Assembly (NCBI RefSeq): GCF_000006765.1
Contig: NC_002516.2
DNA from: Pseudomonas aeruginosa PAO1
GTDB taxonomy: Bacteria > Pseudomonadota > Gammaproteobacteria > Pseudomonadales > Pseudomonadaceae
DNA: 64,000 nt
Strand: one strand, 5' to 3'
Part shown: positions 1-12,321 of the stretch, one piece after another
How the letters are laid out: every line of letters starts with the position of its first letter
Position numbering within the stretch: the first letter of the stretch is position 1
Made by a program: the position numbers and the translations under genes
The notes under the pieces: generated by a model
Database searches by the model: none
What the model was told of the DNA's origin: nothing
The model's input: only the letters and a program-made list of their open reading frames with translations

Positions 1-241
1 AACGCCGCTGCTCCAGCCAGCGTCGTGCCCGGTAGGCTCCGGGCAGGTTGCGCAGCCAGGGCGACAGACGCGAATAGCCGGGCAGCGCCGCCGCCGGCAG
101 GTCGCCGCTCCAGCCCCAGCCATGGAACAGGGAAAACTCGAAGTCCGCGTGCGCCTGCAACGCGCCCAGCAACTCGACCAGGTAATGCCCGATGCCGGTC
201 CGCGGCGCCTGGAGAATCCGCGCGTTAACCGCAATCCGCAT
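1..241 (-). CDS. wbpY: D-rhamnosyltransferase WbpY, GT4 (5' part only; runs off the window start)
   Basis: ATG at 241 reads MRIAVNARILQAPRTGIGHYLVELL, a typical GT4 N-terminus. It overlaps the end of wbpX and has the expected position in the CPA operon. Confidence 0.85.
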   Translation of the reverse strand, partial: MRIAVNARILQAPRTGIGHYLVELLGALQAHADFEFSLFHGWGWSGDLPAAALPGYSRLSPWLRNLPGAYRARRWLEQRR

Positions 242-1607
242 GTACTGCCTCGCCATGCGCCGGGGCCTTGCCGAGGGCGAGCAGGATCCGCGCGATCAGT
301 TGCCGACTCGCCTCGTGCCAGCCGATCCAGCGCCATTCGCCGACCGGTCGCTCGGCCGGGAACTCGCCCGTGGCTTCGAAGCGGGTGACCAGGTTCGCCA
401 GGGTCTGCGGATCGGCGAGGTCGAAGTAGGCCATGAATTCGCCGCCGATCTCGCGGAACACCGGGATGTCGCTGCCCATCGCCGGCAGGCCGCGCTGCAT
501 GGCCTCCACCAGCGGCAGGCCGAAACCTTCCACATAGGACGGGAAGACCAGCGATGCGGCATGGGAGTATGCGTACTCCAGGCTCTTGTCGGAGAGGTCG
601 TTGAACATGAACAGGCGCTTGTTCAGCTCCGGATGCTGCCGCACCCGTTCCACCAGCGCCTCGCACTTCCAGCCGATGCGTCCGGCGATGCACAACCGCG
701 CCTGCGAACCCTGGGCCCAGGCACGCTCGAAGGCATCCAGCAGGTAACCGTGGTTCTTCCGCGGCTCGATGGTGCTGACCATCAGGAATACCGGCGCCTT
801 GGCCTTGAACATGCGCAGCAGATCGGGCTCGACGGAGGCGCCGTCCTCCACCAGGTCCAGCTCCGAACCCAGGTGGAAATAATCGAACCAGCGTTGCGCG
901 ACCTTCTCCGGGCCGATGCGCCGCAGCATCTCCGCGCGCACTTCGTCGCGGATGGTCTCGGAAATCGCGACGTAGCCGTCGGCGGTGGCCGCGATCCAGT
1001 CGAACCAGTGGTTGAACACCTTGACCAGTCCGGCATCGCAGAATTGCGGATGGGTCAGGGGAATCAGGTCGTAGATCACCGAGACGATGCCCACGCCCTC
1101 GCTCTTGAGGCGTTCCGCCAGCGGGAAGAAATCGGCGTGCCAGGAGGAGTCCAGCAAGACCAGTTGGTCGCCGGCCCGATGTTCGAGCGGGGTCGCGCGC
1201 ACGGGTGCAGGCTGCTGCTTGCCGAGGATGCGGTCGAGCAGGCGCAGCGGAATGCTGAGGAAGGCGAAGGCGAACAGGCGGCAGGCTACATAGAGAAGGC
1301 GCCGGGCCCACGGCGAGGAACGGAACGGGCGGCGCTTTTCCAGGGTGCGCTGGCCCAGCCAGAAGTAGTTGGCGGCTCGCTCCACCAGGATGCGCAGGCG
1401 TACCAGCGGCGAATGCGGCCGCGGGTCCAGCGGCGCCAGGCTGTGGACCTGATACAGGGTGCCGTCGAGCATTGCCACCGGGATGCACTCCACCGTCTCG
1501 TCGGCTTCCGGCAACTCGCGGATGACGTTGCGCACCACCCGCTGAATACCAGAATTGACCTTGGGATGCTCGAACACATAGGTGCATTCGACCAACAGAC
1601 GCGTCAT
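225..1607 (-). CDS. wbpX: D-rhamnosyltransferase WbpX (GT4, 460 aa)
   Basis: Starts MTRLLVECTYV with an ATGA overlap on the wzt stop. Has GT4 motifs TIEPRKNH and FPSYVEGFGLPLVEAM. Confidence 0.92.
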   Translation of the reverse strand: MTRLLVECTYVFEHPKVNSGIQRVVRNVIRELPEADETVECIPVAMLDGTLYQVHSLAPLDPRPHSPLVRLRILVERAANYFWLGQRTLEKRRPFRSSPWARRLLYVACRLFAFAFLSIPLRLLDRILGKQQPAPVRATPLEHRAGDQLVLLDSSWHADFFPLAERLKSEGVGIVSVIYDLIPLTHPQFCDAGLVKVFNHWFDWIAATADGYVAISETIRDEVRAEMLRRIGPEKVAQRWFDYFHLGSELDLVEDGASVEPDLLRMFKAKAPVFLMVSTIEPRKNHGYLLDAFERAWAQGSQARLCIAGRIGWKCEALVERVRQHPELNKRLFMFNDLSDKSLEYAYSHAASLVFPSYVEGFGLPLVEAMQRGLPAMGSDIPVFREIGGEFMAYFDLADPQTLANLVTRFEATGEFPAERPVGEWRWIGWHEASRQLIARILLALGKAPAHGEAVHADCG

Positions 1608-2869
1608 GGAGTGCTCTCCGCGGAAGTGGGGTCCAGAGCCGCCTCGCCGGAGCGGCTGATATGGGTTTCGGCGCCCAGCCAGGAGCAACCGACGAAGTCT
1701 TCCTGGCGGTTGTTGATGACATGGAAGACCAGGCCGTAGTCGCGCCATTCGAAGTTGCGGTCCAGGTGCGAGTCCAGCCGCGACAGGCTCAGCGCCACCG
1801 AGTAGTGCCCCTTGCCCAGGCGCATGTCGAAGGCGAAGCGGTAGGTGATGCGCTCGCCGGCCTTCAGGTCGGTGAGGGCCTTGTCCAGGCGGTGGGTATT
1901 GATCCCGTACATCGGCTGGCCGAGGCGGTCCTTGATCATGAAGCCGAGGATCAGCCGCTCGATGTCCTGGCGAACCTCGACCTCGACTTCCAGCGTCACC
2001 GCCTGGCCTACCTCGACCACCTCCAGCGCGCGCTGCCGCTGGTCGACCATCCGTACGTCGAGGATCGCTGCCTCGCCGGTGCCGGAAATCGTCCGCACCT
2101 GGCCGTCGGCGAGCATTTCCTGGCGCACGGTCTGCCCCTCGCGCTCGGCGAGCAGGGCGTTGTAGTAGTCCATCACTTCTTCCGGCCGCCCGCGCATGGC
2201 CATCCGTCCCTGCTCCAGGAGGATCGCGGAGTCGCAGATGGACTGGATCGCCGAGCGGTCGTGGGAAACGATCAGCAGGGTGGTGCCGGCCTTGCGGAAA
2301 CTGCGGATGCGCTCGAAGCTCTTGTGCTGGAAATAGGCATCGCCGACCGACAGGGCCTCGTCGACGATCAGGATGTCCGGCCGCCGGGCAGTCGCCACGC
2401 TGAACGCCAGGCGCATCTGCATGCCGCTGGAGTATGTGCGCACCGGTTGCTCGATGGCCTCGCCGATTTCGGCGAAGGCCTCGATATCCGGCATCAGCGC
2501 CTGGATTTCCTCGACCTGCATGCCCAGCAGTTGCCCGGCCATGAAGACGTTCTGCCGGCCGGTGAAGTCCGGGTGGAAGCCCATGCCCAGCTCGAGCAGC
2601 GCGGCGACCCGGCCGGCCACGCGGATCTCGCCGCAGGTCGGCTGGGTGGTGCCGGCGATCATCTTCAGCAGGGTGCTCTTGCCGGCGCCGTTGACCCCGA
2701 CGATGCCGACCGCTTCGCCCGGCTCGATGGTGAACTCGACCTCGCGCAGGATCCAGTGCAGGTGGTGGCGCGGAGGGCTGAAAGGCACCAGCCATTCGAA
2801 CAACCGGCTCCAGCGATTGGGATACTGCTTGTAGGCCTTGCCGAGGCCGGATACGCGTATCTGTCCCAT
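1604..2869 (-). CDS. wzt: O-antigen ABC transporter ATP-binding subunit with C-terminal Wzt_C domain
   Basis: Walker A GVNGAGKST, signature YSSGMQMRLAF, Walker B ILIVDE, plus a C-terminal beta-rich extension. Confidence 0.95.
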   Translation of the reverse strand: MGQIRVSGLGKAYKQYPNRWSRLFEWLVPFSPPRHHLHWILREVEFTIEPGEAVGIVGVNGAGKSTLLKMIAGTTQPTCGEIRVAGRVAALLELGMGFHPDFTGRQNVFMAGQLLGMQVEEIQALMPDIEAFAEIGEAIEQPVRTYSSGMQMRLAFSVATARRPDILIVDEALSVGDAYFQHKSFERIRSFRKAGTTLLIVSHDRSAIQSICDSAILLEQGRMAMRGRPEEVMDYYNALLAEREGQTVRQEMLADGQVRTISGTGEAAILDVRMVDQRQRALEVVEVGQAVTLEVEVEVRQDIERLILGFMIKDRLGQPMYGINTHRLDKALTDLKAGERITYRFAFDMRLGKGHYSVALSLSRLDSHLDRNFEWRDYGLVFHVINNRQEDFVGCSWLGAETHISRSGEAALDPTSAESTP

Positions 2870-3666
2870 CAGAGTTCATCCACCATTTCGCCGACCCGCT
2901 GGCGGAACAGACGCAGGCCGAGCGCGCACAGCAGCAGCGCCAGCAGGGTGATCGGCAGCAATGAAGGCCAGTCCGGCCATTGCCCGTGGAGGAACAGCTG
3001 CTGGTAGCTGCGCATCAGCGCGGTCATCGGGTTGAGTTCGATCAGCGAGCGGATACCCTCGGGCAGGATGCCGATCGGATAGACGATCGGCGTCAGCCAG
3101 AACCAGAACTGCAGGCAGATGCCGAACAACTGGCCGACGTCGCGGAAGAACACGTTGAGCACCCCGAGGATCATCCCCAGTCCCGCCGCGAACAGCACCT
3201 GGATCGCCAGCAGCGGCACCAGCGCGAGCAATGCCGCGCCCGGCAGGCGCCCGCTGAGGGCGAGAAAGCCGAGGAACAAGGCGAGGATGATGGCGAAATT
3301 GACCCCGGCGTTGAGCAGTACGATGACCGGCAGGCAGATGCGCGGGAAGCTGATCTTCTTCAGCAGGTTGGCGTTCTCGATGAACATGCTCTGGCTGCGC
3401 GAGGTGATTTCCGCGAACAGGCCCCAGGTCAGCAGGCCGGCGCAGAGATAGACGCTGTAGGCCAGGCCGTCGTCGACCCCCGGCAGGCGCGCGCGCATCA
3501 CCTGGGAGAAGATCACCGTGTAGACGACGATCATCGACAGCGGATTGAGCACCGTCCACAACGCGCCGAACAGCGACCCGCGGTAGCGCGACTGGAACTC
3601 GCGCTTGACGCTGCCGAGAACGAAGCCACGATAGCCCCACAAGGAACGAGACAAGCCAAGAAGCAT
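2869..3666 (-). CDS. wzm: O-antigen ABC transporter permease
   Basis: ABC-2 membrane protein: REFQSRYRGSLFGALW, LTPIVYP, LNPM motifs. Confidence 0.95.
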   Translation of the reverse strand: MLLGLSRSLWGYRGFVLGSVKREFQSRYRGSLFGALWTVLNPLSMIVVYTVIFSQVMRARLPGVDDGLAYSVYLCAGLLTWGLFAEITSRSQSMFIENANLLKKISFPRICLPVIVLLNAGVNFAIILALFLGFLALSGRLPGAALLALVPLLAIQVLFAAGLGMILGVLNVFFRDVGQLFGICLQFWFWLTPIVYPIGILPEGIRSLIELNPMTALMRSYQQLFLHGQWPDWPSLLPITLLALLLCALGLRLFRQRVGEMVDEL

Positions 3667-5105
3667 CAGACCACCCTGCCGTACTGGTCCTCGAAGCGGA
3701 CGATGTCGTCCTCTCCCAGGTATTCGCCGCTCTGCACCTCGATCATCACCAGGTCGATGACCCCCGGGTTTTCCAGGCGATGCCGGTGGCCCGCGGGAAT
3801 GTAGGTCGACTCGTTGCTGTTGACCAGCCGCGCGCCATCGCCATTGGTGACCCTGGCCATGCCTTGCACCACGATCCAGTGCTCGCTGCGGTGATGGTGC
3901 ATCTGCAGCGACAAGCGCTCTCCCGGCCTGACCACGATTCGCTTGATCTTGAAGCGCGGCCCCTCCTCGAGGACGGTATAGCTGCCCCAGGGACGGTTGA
4001 CGGTCCGATGCAGCCGATAGGCCTCGTGCCGCTCGTCCTTCAGCCGCTGCACCACCCTGCGCACCTCCTGGACCCGGTCGGCGCGGGCGATCAGCAGCGC
4101 ATCGGAAGTATCCACCACGACCAGGTCGTCGACCCCGACCGTGGCGACCAGGCGCCCGTCGCTCTGCACGAAGGTGTTACGGGTGTCGACGAACAGGGTG
4201 TCGCCGCTGCCGCGATTGCCCTCTGCGTCCGCGTCGAGCAGCGCGCTCATCGCGCCCCAGGAACCGATATCGCTCCAGTCGAAGGCCGCCGGCACCACGG
4301 CGACCCGCGCGGAGCGCTCCATCAGCGCATAGTCGATGGAAATGTCCGGCAGCGCGGCGAAGGCTTCGCCCGCCAGCTCATGCTGGATGCCATCGGCCAT
4401 CTTCACCGCCGCACTGGCGGCCAGGCAGGCCCTGGCCTGCTCCAGCAGGGCCGGGGCATGCTGCGCCAGCTCGTCGACCAGGGTCGAGGCCGTGAAACAG
4501 AACATCCCGGAGTTCCACAGGAAACCGCCACTTTCCACGTAGCGACGGGCGGTTTCCTCATCGGGTTTCTCGACGAAGCGGCGCACCTTGGCCGCCCCCT
4601 GCTCGTCCAGCCGGTCGCCCAGCTCGATATAGCCGAAACCGGTTTCCGCTGCGTCCGGCACCACGCCGAAGGTAACCAGGTGCCCGGCGACGGCGAGACG
4701 CGCGGCATGCCCTACCGCCTCGCGGAAGGCCTCCTCGTTGCGGATCAGGTGATCCGCCGGCATCACCACCAGTACCGCCGCGTCGCCATGTTCGGCTTGC
4801 AGCGCCAGGGCGGCGACGGCAATCGCCGGAGCGGTGTTGCGCCCGGTCGGCTCGAGGATGAAATGTCCCCGGTGCCGCCCCAGGCGGGCCGCGTGGAACT
4901 GGTCCTTGCTCTGGAAGTAATGCTCGCGGTTGGTCACCGTGACGATTTCGCCATGCCCGGCCAGGAGCCCGGCGGCACGTCGGTAGGTCTTGCCCAGCAG
5001 GGTCTGGCCATCGGGCAGGCGCATGAACGGCTTCGGCTGTCCTTCACGCGACACCGGCCAAAGGCGGGTACCGGCGCCGCCGGAAAGCACCACGGGAATC
5101 AGCAT
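3666..5105 (-). CDS. wbpW: Bifunctional mannose-1-phosphate guanylyltransferase / mannose-6-phosphate isomerase
   Basis: LSGGAGTRLWPVSR, WNSGMF, WSDIGSW and C-terminal cupin RPWGSY...SLQMHHHRSEHW. Confidence 0.95.
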   Translation of the reverse strand: MLIPVVLSGGAGTRLWPVSREGQPKPFMRLPDGQTLLGKTYRRAAGLLAGHGEIVTVTNREHYFQSKDQFHAARLGRHRGHFILEPTGRNTAPAIAVAALALQAEHGDAAVLVVMPADHLIRNEEAFREAVGHAARLAVAGHLVTFGVVPDAAETGFGYIELGDRLDEQGAAKVRRFVEKPDEETARRYVESGGFLWNSGMFCFTASTLVDELAQHAPALLEQARACLAASAAVKMADGIQHELAGEAFAALPDISIDYALMERSARVAVVPAAFDWSDIGSWGAMSALLDADAEGNRGSGDTLFVDTRNTFVQSDGRLVATVGVDDLVVVDTSDALLIARADRVQEVRRVVQRLKDERHEAYRLHRTVNRPWGSYTVLEEGPRFKIKRIVVRPGERLSLQMHHHRSEHWIVVQGMARVTNGDGARLVNSNESTYIPAGHRHRLENPGVIDLVMIEVQSGEYLGEDDIVRFEDQYGRVV

Positions 5106-5108
5106 GGC

Positions 5109-6991
<1,883 letters not shown>

Positions 6992-7398
6992 GGAAGCGGG
7001 CCTTTTATCTGATGCTACGCTCGGCGACGCTCTTCCTAGGAATACGACGTTCCAGAGGTCATGCCGGATAGCGTGTTGTTCTGATTATCGCGCTCCAATC
7101 TGTGCCAAGAATGCGCCGATTTCAACCGCTTATTCGTGACCGGTAGGTTCTCATTCGAACGGCATGACGTTTTCTCCGTCAGCCTTCACGTTTTTGCGAA
7201 AGGTATGTTTAGAATGCCTCTCGATTTCGTGCTTGACTGCCTCCTGTTCTATTGATCGAACAGGTCGCGGTCGCGATAACAGAACAAGAACACGATGGGT
7301 CGACCAGTCCGCCGGGAAGGCTTCCGGACAACGAAGCAGCGCCTGGCCTCGCTCATCACCACCAAGCTGTCGAACGGGCAGTTTCATCACGAGATGCC

Positions 7399-9027
7399 AT
7401 GAATTTCATCCTTTACTCGGATATCAACGAGCGCTCGATCGGCCACAACCTCGGTCGCCCCGAATACAGCTACTACTTCGTCCTCAAGGCCTACCGGCCA
7501 ATCCTCGAATCGCTGGGACAGGTCCACCTGGTACAGAGCACGGACGAAGTCGACCCGCTCTACCGGCAACTGCATGAACAGGGCGAAGACTGCCTGTTCC
7601 TCTCCTTCACCCCGCCGCACAAGGCGGCGCGGGGCCTGCAATGCCCGATGCTGTGCGTGGTCGCCTGGGAGTTCGAGACGATTCCCGACGTGGCGTGGGA
7701 CGGCGATCCGGCGCAGGACTGGAGCCAGGTCCTGGCCGGCCATGGCGCAGCCATCACCCTCTCCGAGCAGACTGCCCGCGCGGTTCGCCGGGTGCTGGGC
7801 GAAGATTTTCCGGTACTGGCGCTGCCGACGCCGATCTGGGAGGACTTCGCCGCGATCCGCCAGCAAGGCGAACGGAATCCGGTCAAGTCCGGCGAGACCC
7901 TGCAACTCAAGGGCTGCGTCATCGACAGCCGCCTGCTGGGCCTTTCCGCCGACGGCCTCATCGCACCGATCAGGGAAGAGACCGAGGACGAGATCCTCGA
8001 GGTCCTCCCCGAGACGCCCGCCGAGCCCGAGCCCGAACCGGTCCCTGAGCCAGAACCAGAGCCAGAGCCGGTTCCTCTCGACTGGAGGCGCCGACTGGTC
8101 ATCAGCAAGCACTACCTGCTGCTGTGGTACCGGGAAGCCGTCAGCGACCTGGTACCCATACCGGTACGCCGCTGGCTGTTCCGTCACCTGCGCCGGCCGC
8201 TGCCGCCCCCGCCAACGGCGCTGGAAACGCTGCCGGAGCCATTGCCCCAGGCCATCGAGCCGATGCCGCCCGCCGAGCCCGAGCATCCGCCGGCGCTGTT
8301 GCCGGCCGTCGACCAGCACCAGCAGGTCGTCGTGGACGGGGTGGTCTACGTCTCGGTGTTCAATCCGCTGGACGGGCGCAAGAACTGGCATCAGCTGATC
8401 ACCGCCTTCTGCTGGGCATTCCGCGACACCAGCGATGCCACGCTGGTGCTGAAGATGACCCAGAGCGACCTGACGACCTACCACGTCGAACTGCTCACCC
8501 TGCTTTCCCAACTGTCGCCATTCGCCTGCCGGGTCATCGCCCTGCACGGCTATCTCGATGCCGCGGAGTACGCCCGCCTGTACGGAGCCGCCAGCTACTA
8601 CGTGAACGCCTCGCGCTGCGAGGGCCTGTGCCTGCCGCTGATGGAATTCATGTCCTGCGGCACCCCGGCGATCGCTCCGGACCATTCGGCGATGGCCGAC
8701 TACATGGACGCCCAGGTGGGCTTCGTGGTCCGCTCCAGCCAGGAGCCCGCGGCCTGGCCGCAGGATTCGCGCCGGTTGTACAGCACCCGGCGCTACCGGC
8801 CGAGCTGGGAGTCCCTGAAGGAGGCCTACCTGGAGAGCTACCGGGTAGCCCGGGAACAGCCGGAGCGCTATCGGCAACTGTCCGCCGCGGCCAACCAACG
8901 CATGCGCGGCTACTGCGCCGGCGACGTGGTCCGCCAGCGCCTGGAACCCTTCCTTTCCGCCCGCAAGGCAACCCCTGCGCCCGGCGTCGAACTGGCGGCC
9001 ACCGCCACAGGCAACGTTCCATGCTGA
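7399..9027 (+). CDS. Glycosyltransferase (GT4-like), CPA modification cluster (PA5455-like)
   Basis: Start MNFILYSD chosen by alignment with the paralog downstream. Motif SRCEGLCLPLMEFMSCG. Confidence 0.85.
   Translation: MNFILYSDINERSIGHNLGRPEYSYYFVLKAYRPILESLGQVHLVQSTDEVDPLYRQLHEQGEDCLFLSFTPPHKAARGLQCPMLCVVAWEFETIPDVAWDGDPAQDWSQVLAGHGAAITLSEQTARAVRRVLGEDFPVLALPTPIWEDFAAIRQQGERNPVKSGETLQLKGCVIDSRLLGLSADGLIAPIREETEDEILEVLPETPAEPEPEPVPEPEPEPEPVPLDWRRRLVISKHYLLLWYREAVSDLVPIPVRRWLFRHLRRPLPPPPTALETLPEPLPQAIEPMPPAEPEHPPALLPAVDQHQQVVVDGVVYVSVFNPLDGRKNWHQLITAFCWAFRDTSDATLVLKMTQSDLTTYHVELLTLLSQLSPFACRVIALHGYLDAAEYARLYGAASYYVNASRCEGLCLPLMEFMSCGTPAIAPDHSAMADYMDAQVGFVVRSSQEPAAWPQDSRRLYSTRRYRPSWESLKEAYLESYRVAREQPERYRQLSAAANQRMRGYCAGDVVRQRLEPFLSARKATPAPGVELAATATGNVPC
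8021..8074 (+). repeat. Pro-Glu low-complexity coding repeat (AEPEPEPVPEPEPEPEPV)
   Basis: Degenerate 6-bp units GAGCCC/GAACCG/GAGCCA read directly in the sequence. Confidence 0.8.
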
Positions 9028-10322
9028 TCATCATCCACTCCGAGACCAACAAGACCACCATCCGGCAGAACCTCGGGCGCCCGGAGTACAGCTATTACTT
9101 CGTCCTCAAGGAATTCCGTCCGCTGCTGGAAGAGATCGGCCAGGTGGTCGAAGTCAGCGATCCCGACGAACTGGTGGACCGCCTCTACCACGACTGCCGC
9201 AAGCGCGGCGAACCCTGTGTCTTCCTCTCCTTCTCGCCGCCCCATCGCACGCCGATCCACCATGCCTGCCCGACCATCCCGGTGTTCGCCTGGGAGTTCA
9301 GCACCCTCCCCAGCGAAACCTGGCACGGCGAACCGCGCCACGACTGGCGACATGTGCTGCGCCACAGCGGACGGGCCATCACCCACTCCAGCTTCACGGT
9401 CGACGTGGTGCGCGCCGCCATGGGTCGCGACTACCCGGTACTGAGCGTGCCGGCGCCGGTCTGGGATCGCTTCGCCAACCGCGCCTCGCAGCAGGCGGGC
9501 CGTCCCGAAGCCCGGGATGTGCGCCTGCGCCTGGACGGCCTGCTGGTGGACAGCCGCCAGCTGGACCTGGCCGTCCATGCCGACCCCGAGCCGTCGGCGG
9601 AGGTCCTGGCCCTGCCGGACCGCGCGGCGAAACAGGTCGAGCTGAGCCTCGACGGGGTCATCTACACCTCGGTGTTCAACCCCTACGACGGGCGCAAGAA
9701 CTGGCAGGACATGATCAGCGCGTTCTGCGCCACCTTCCGCGACGAGCCCGACGCCACCCTGGTGCTGAAACTGACCCACCACAACGTCGGCGAAGCGCTG
9801 GCCGACATGCTTCACCACCTGTACAAGAACCAGTCCTACCGCTGCCGCATCGTGCTGATCCACGGCTACCTCGCCGACCCGGACTACGAGCGGCTGGTCG
9901 AGGCCACCAGCTACGTGGTGAACACCTCCTACGGCGAAGGCCAATGCCTGCCGCTGATGGAATTCATGTCCAGCGGCAAGCCGGCCGTGGCTCCGCGCAA
10001 TACCGCGATGATCGACTACATCGACGCCGACAACGCCTTCATCGTCGACTCCTCGGAAGAAGCCACCGCCTGGCCCCACGACCCGCGCGCGGCCTACCGC
10101 ACGCTGCGCTACATCACCGACTGGGAGTCGCTGTGCCGGGCCTACCGGGCCAGTTTCGAGGTCGCTCGCCAGGAGCCGGAGCGCTACGCACGCATGTCCG
10201 CGCATGCCAGCGCCAGCCTCGAACGCTTCTGCAGCCGCAAGCTGGCCGTGGAGCGCCTGCGTCGCTTCTTCGACGAAGCGGCACAAGGCGACCCCTCCGC
10301 CTTGCAAAGCATCCCGGCATGA
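9021..10322 (+). CDS. Glycosyltransferase (GT4-like), paralog of the upstream gene (PA5456-like)
   Basis: MLIIIHSET start. Shares LGRPEYSYYFVLK, SVFNPxDGRKNW and EGxCLPLMEFMS with 7399-9027. Confidence 0.87.
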   Translation: MLIIIHSETNKTTIRQNLGRPEYSYYFVLKEFRPLLEEIGQVVEVSDPDELVDRLYHDCRKRGEPCVFLSFSPPHRTPIHHACPTIPVFAWEFSTLPSETWHGEPRHDWRHVLRHSGRAITHSSFTVDVVRAAMGRDYPVLSVPAPVWDRFANRASQQAGRPEARDVRLRLDGLLVDSRQLDLAVHADPEPSAEVLALPDRAAKQVELSLDGVIYTSVFNPYDGRKNWQDMISAFCATFRDEPDATLVLKLTHHNVGEALADMLHHLYKNQSYRCRIVLIHGYLADPDYERLVEATSYVVNTSYGEGQCLPLMEFMSSGKPAVAPRNTAMIDYIDADNAFIVDSSEEATAWPHDPRAAYRTLRYITDWESLCRAYRASFEVARQEPERYARMSAHASASLERFCSRKLAVERLRRFFDEAAQGDPSALQSIPA

Positions 10323-11182
10323 TCCGCGCCCTGCTCCAACGCTGGCGTTCCCGTCCCGCTGCGGCGAGCGAACCGGTGTCGCCACGCATGTGCGGTCTGC
10401 GCGATGCGGTGCTGGATGGCTGGTTCCGCAGCGAAACCGGCGAACTGCTCGCCGGCTTCGCCATCGGCGCCCAGGACACCCTGCTCGATCTCGGCTGCGG
10501 CGAAGGCGTCGCCACCCTCTTCGCCGCCCGCCAGGGCGCTTCGGTGATCTTCACCGACAGCGAGGAGGACAAGGTGCGGAGCCTGGCGCAGCAGGTCGAG
10601 GCGGTGGCCCGGCGGCCCTTCACCGGCCTGGTCAGCGACAGCGACCCGCTGCCGCTGCGCGACGCCTGCGCCGACAAGCTGGTGTGCATGGAAGTGCTCG
10701 AACACGTGGCCAACCCAGCGCGGGTGATGGCCGAACTCGTGCGTCTCGGCCGCCCTGGCGCGCAGTACCTGCTGAGCGTGCCGGACCCGGTCGGCGAACA
10801 CCTGCAGCAGGGCATCGCCCCGGCCGACTACTTCCGGGCGCCCAACCACATCCACATCTTTTCCCGTGACGACTTCGCGCGCTTGGTGCAGGACGCCGGG
10901 CTGGTCATCGAGCACCGCCAGGCCAGCGGCTTCTTCTGGGTGATGGGCATGATCTTCTTCTGGGCCAGCGAAAGGGCCGCCGGCCGTGAGCTCGGCGGCG
11001 CCGTCCGCGACCGTATCCAGCCGCCCTACCCGGCGCTGATGGAAGACTGGGCACGGCTCTGGGAAAACCTCCTGGCCCGTCCCGACGGCCTGGAGATCAA
11101 GCACCTGCTCGACCATTTCATGCCCAAGAGCCAGGTGATCATCGCGCGCAAGCCGCTCGACCCCGGATCGTCGCGGACATGA
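10319..11182 (+). CDS. SAM-dependent methyltransferase (PA5457-like)
   Basis: Motif I LLDLGCGEG and CMEVLEHV; ATGA overlap with the upstream gene. Confidence 0.88.
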   Translation: MIRALLQRWRSRPAAASEPVSPRMCGLRDAVLDGWFRSETGELLAGFAIGAQDTLLDLGCGEGVATLFAARQGASVIFTDSEEDKVRSLAQQVEAVARRPFTGLVSDSDPLPLRDACADKLVCMEVLEHVANPARVMAELVRLGRPGAQYLLSVPDPVGEHLQQGIAPADYFRAPNHIHIFSRDDFARLVQDAGLVIEHRQASGFFWVMGMIFFWASERAAGRELGGAVRDRIQPPYPALMEDWARLWENLLARPDGLEIKHLLDHFMPKSQVIIARKPLDPGSSRT

Positions 11183-12321
11183 GCGGCAAACGCATCCTCG
11201 ACATCGAACTGTTGCGCGGGCTGGCCGTGCTCGGCGTGGTATTCCACCATCTGCACGGCAACCTGTTCAGCGGCTCCCCGGCACTGCTGGACGGCATCAA
11301 CCAGCGCGTCCAGTTCTGGTGGGGCGTGGACCTGTTCTTCGCCATCTCCGGCTTCGTCATCGCCCGCACCCTCATCCCGCAACTGCGCGAGGCGCCCACA
11401 CGCCAGGCATTCTGGGAACAGGCGCGGTACTTCTGGATTCGCCGCGCCTTCCGCCTGCTGCCCTCGGCCTGGCTGTGGCTGGCGCTGATCCTGGCCTGTT
11501 GCCTGCTGCTGAACCGCTCCGGAGCCTTCGGCAGCCTGTCGGCCAACCTCGCGGCGAGCCTCGCCGGTTTCCTCCAGGTCGCCAACTTCCGCTTCGCCGA
11601 CAGTTTCTACCGCTACGAATACGGTGCCAGCTTCGTCTACTGGAGCCTTTCCCTGGAGGAACAGTTCTACCTCCTGCTGCCGCTGCTGATCCTCTGCCTG
11701 CGTCGCTACCTGGGCTGGGCCCTCCTGGCGCTGGTGCTGGTCCAGTTCTTCAGCCTGCGCACGCCGCTGCTGATGGTATTGCGCACCGACGCCCTGGCCA
11801 TCGGCGTACTGCTCGCCCTCGCCTCCCTGCAGCCTGGCTATGCCCGCTGGAACCCCACCCTGCTGGGCCGCGCCTGGAGCGGGCCGTTGCTGCTGGCCGC
11901 CGTGGCCGCGGCCCTGGGCGTGCTGGCCAGCGAAGCGTACAGCCTGGTCGCCGTGCGGATCGGCGCCATCGCGCTATTGTGCGGACTGCTGGTGTGGATA
12001 GCCTCCTACGACCGCGACTACCTGCTCTCCAACGGGCCGCTGAAGCGCTTGCTGGTCTGGGTCGGCGCGCGCTCCTATGCGATCTACCTGATCCACATCC
12101 CGGCGTTCTATCTCAGTCGCGAACTCTGCTTCCGCCTGGGCTGGGACGCCGGCGAGCGGCCCCTGTCGCTGCTCGGCACCAGCCTGGTCCTGATCGTCGT
12201 ACTCAGCGAGCTCAACTACCGCTTCGTCGAGAGCCCCTGCCGCGACCTGGGCTCCCGCCTGGTCAAGCGCCTGAGCGCCGCCCGCCGCGTCGCCACCACT
12301 TCCGGAGCCACCTCATGCTGA
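11179..12321 (+). CDS. OafA-like membrane acyltransferase (Acyl_transf_3)
   Basis: IELLRGLAVLGVV, GVDLFFAISGFVI, WSLSLEEQFY and SYAIYLIH motifs; multi-TM. Confidence 0.9.
   Translation: MSGKRILDIELLRGLAVLGVVFHHLHGNLFSGSPALLDGINQRVQFWWGVDLFFAISGFVIARTLIPQLREAPTRQAFWEQARYFWIRRAFRLLPSAWLWLALILACCLLLNRSGAFGSLSANLAASLAGFLQVANFRFADSFYRYEYGASFVYWSLSLEEQFYLLLPLLILCLRRYLGWALLALVLVQFFSLRTPLLMVLRTDALAIGVLLALASLQPGYARWNPTLLGRAWSGPLLLAAVAAALGVLASEAYSLVAVRIGAIALLCGLLVWIASYDRDYLLSNGPLKRLLVWVGARSYAIYLIHIPAFYLSRELCFRLGWDAGERPLSLLGTSLVLIVVLSELNYRFVESPCRDLGSRLVKRLSAARRVATTSGATSC

Noticed and set aside
6992-7398. JUMPstart/ops element ahead of the polysaccharide operons
   Set aside because: The best matches (GAGCGTAGCAT, CCGGATAGCGTG) deviate from GGCGGTAGnnTG at several positions.
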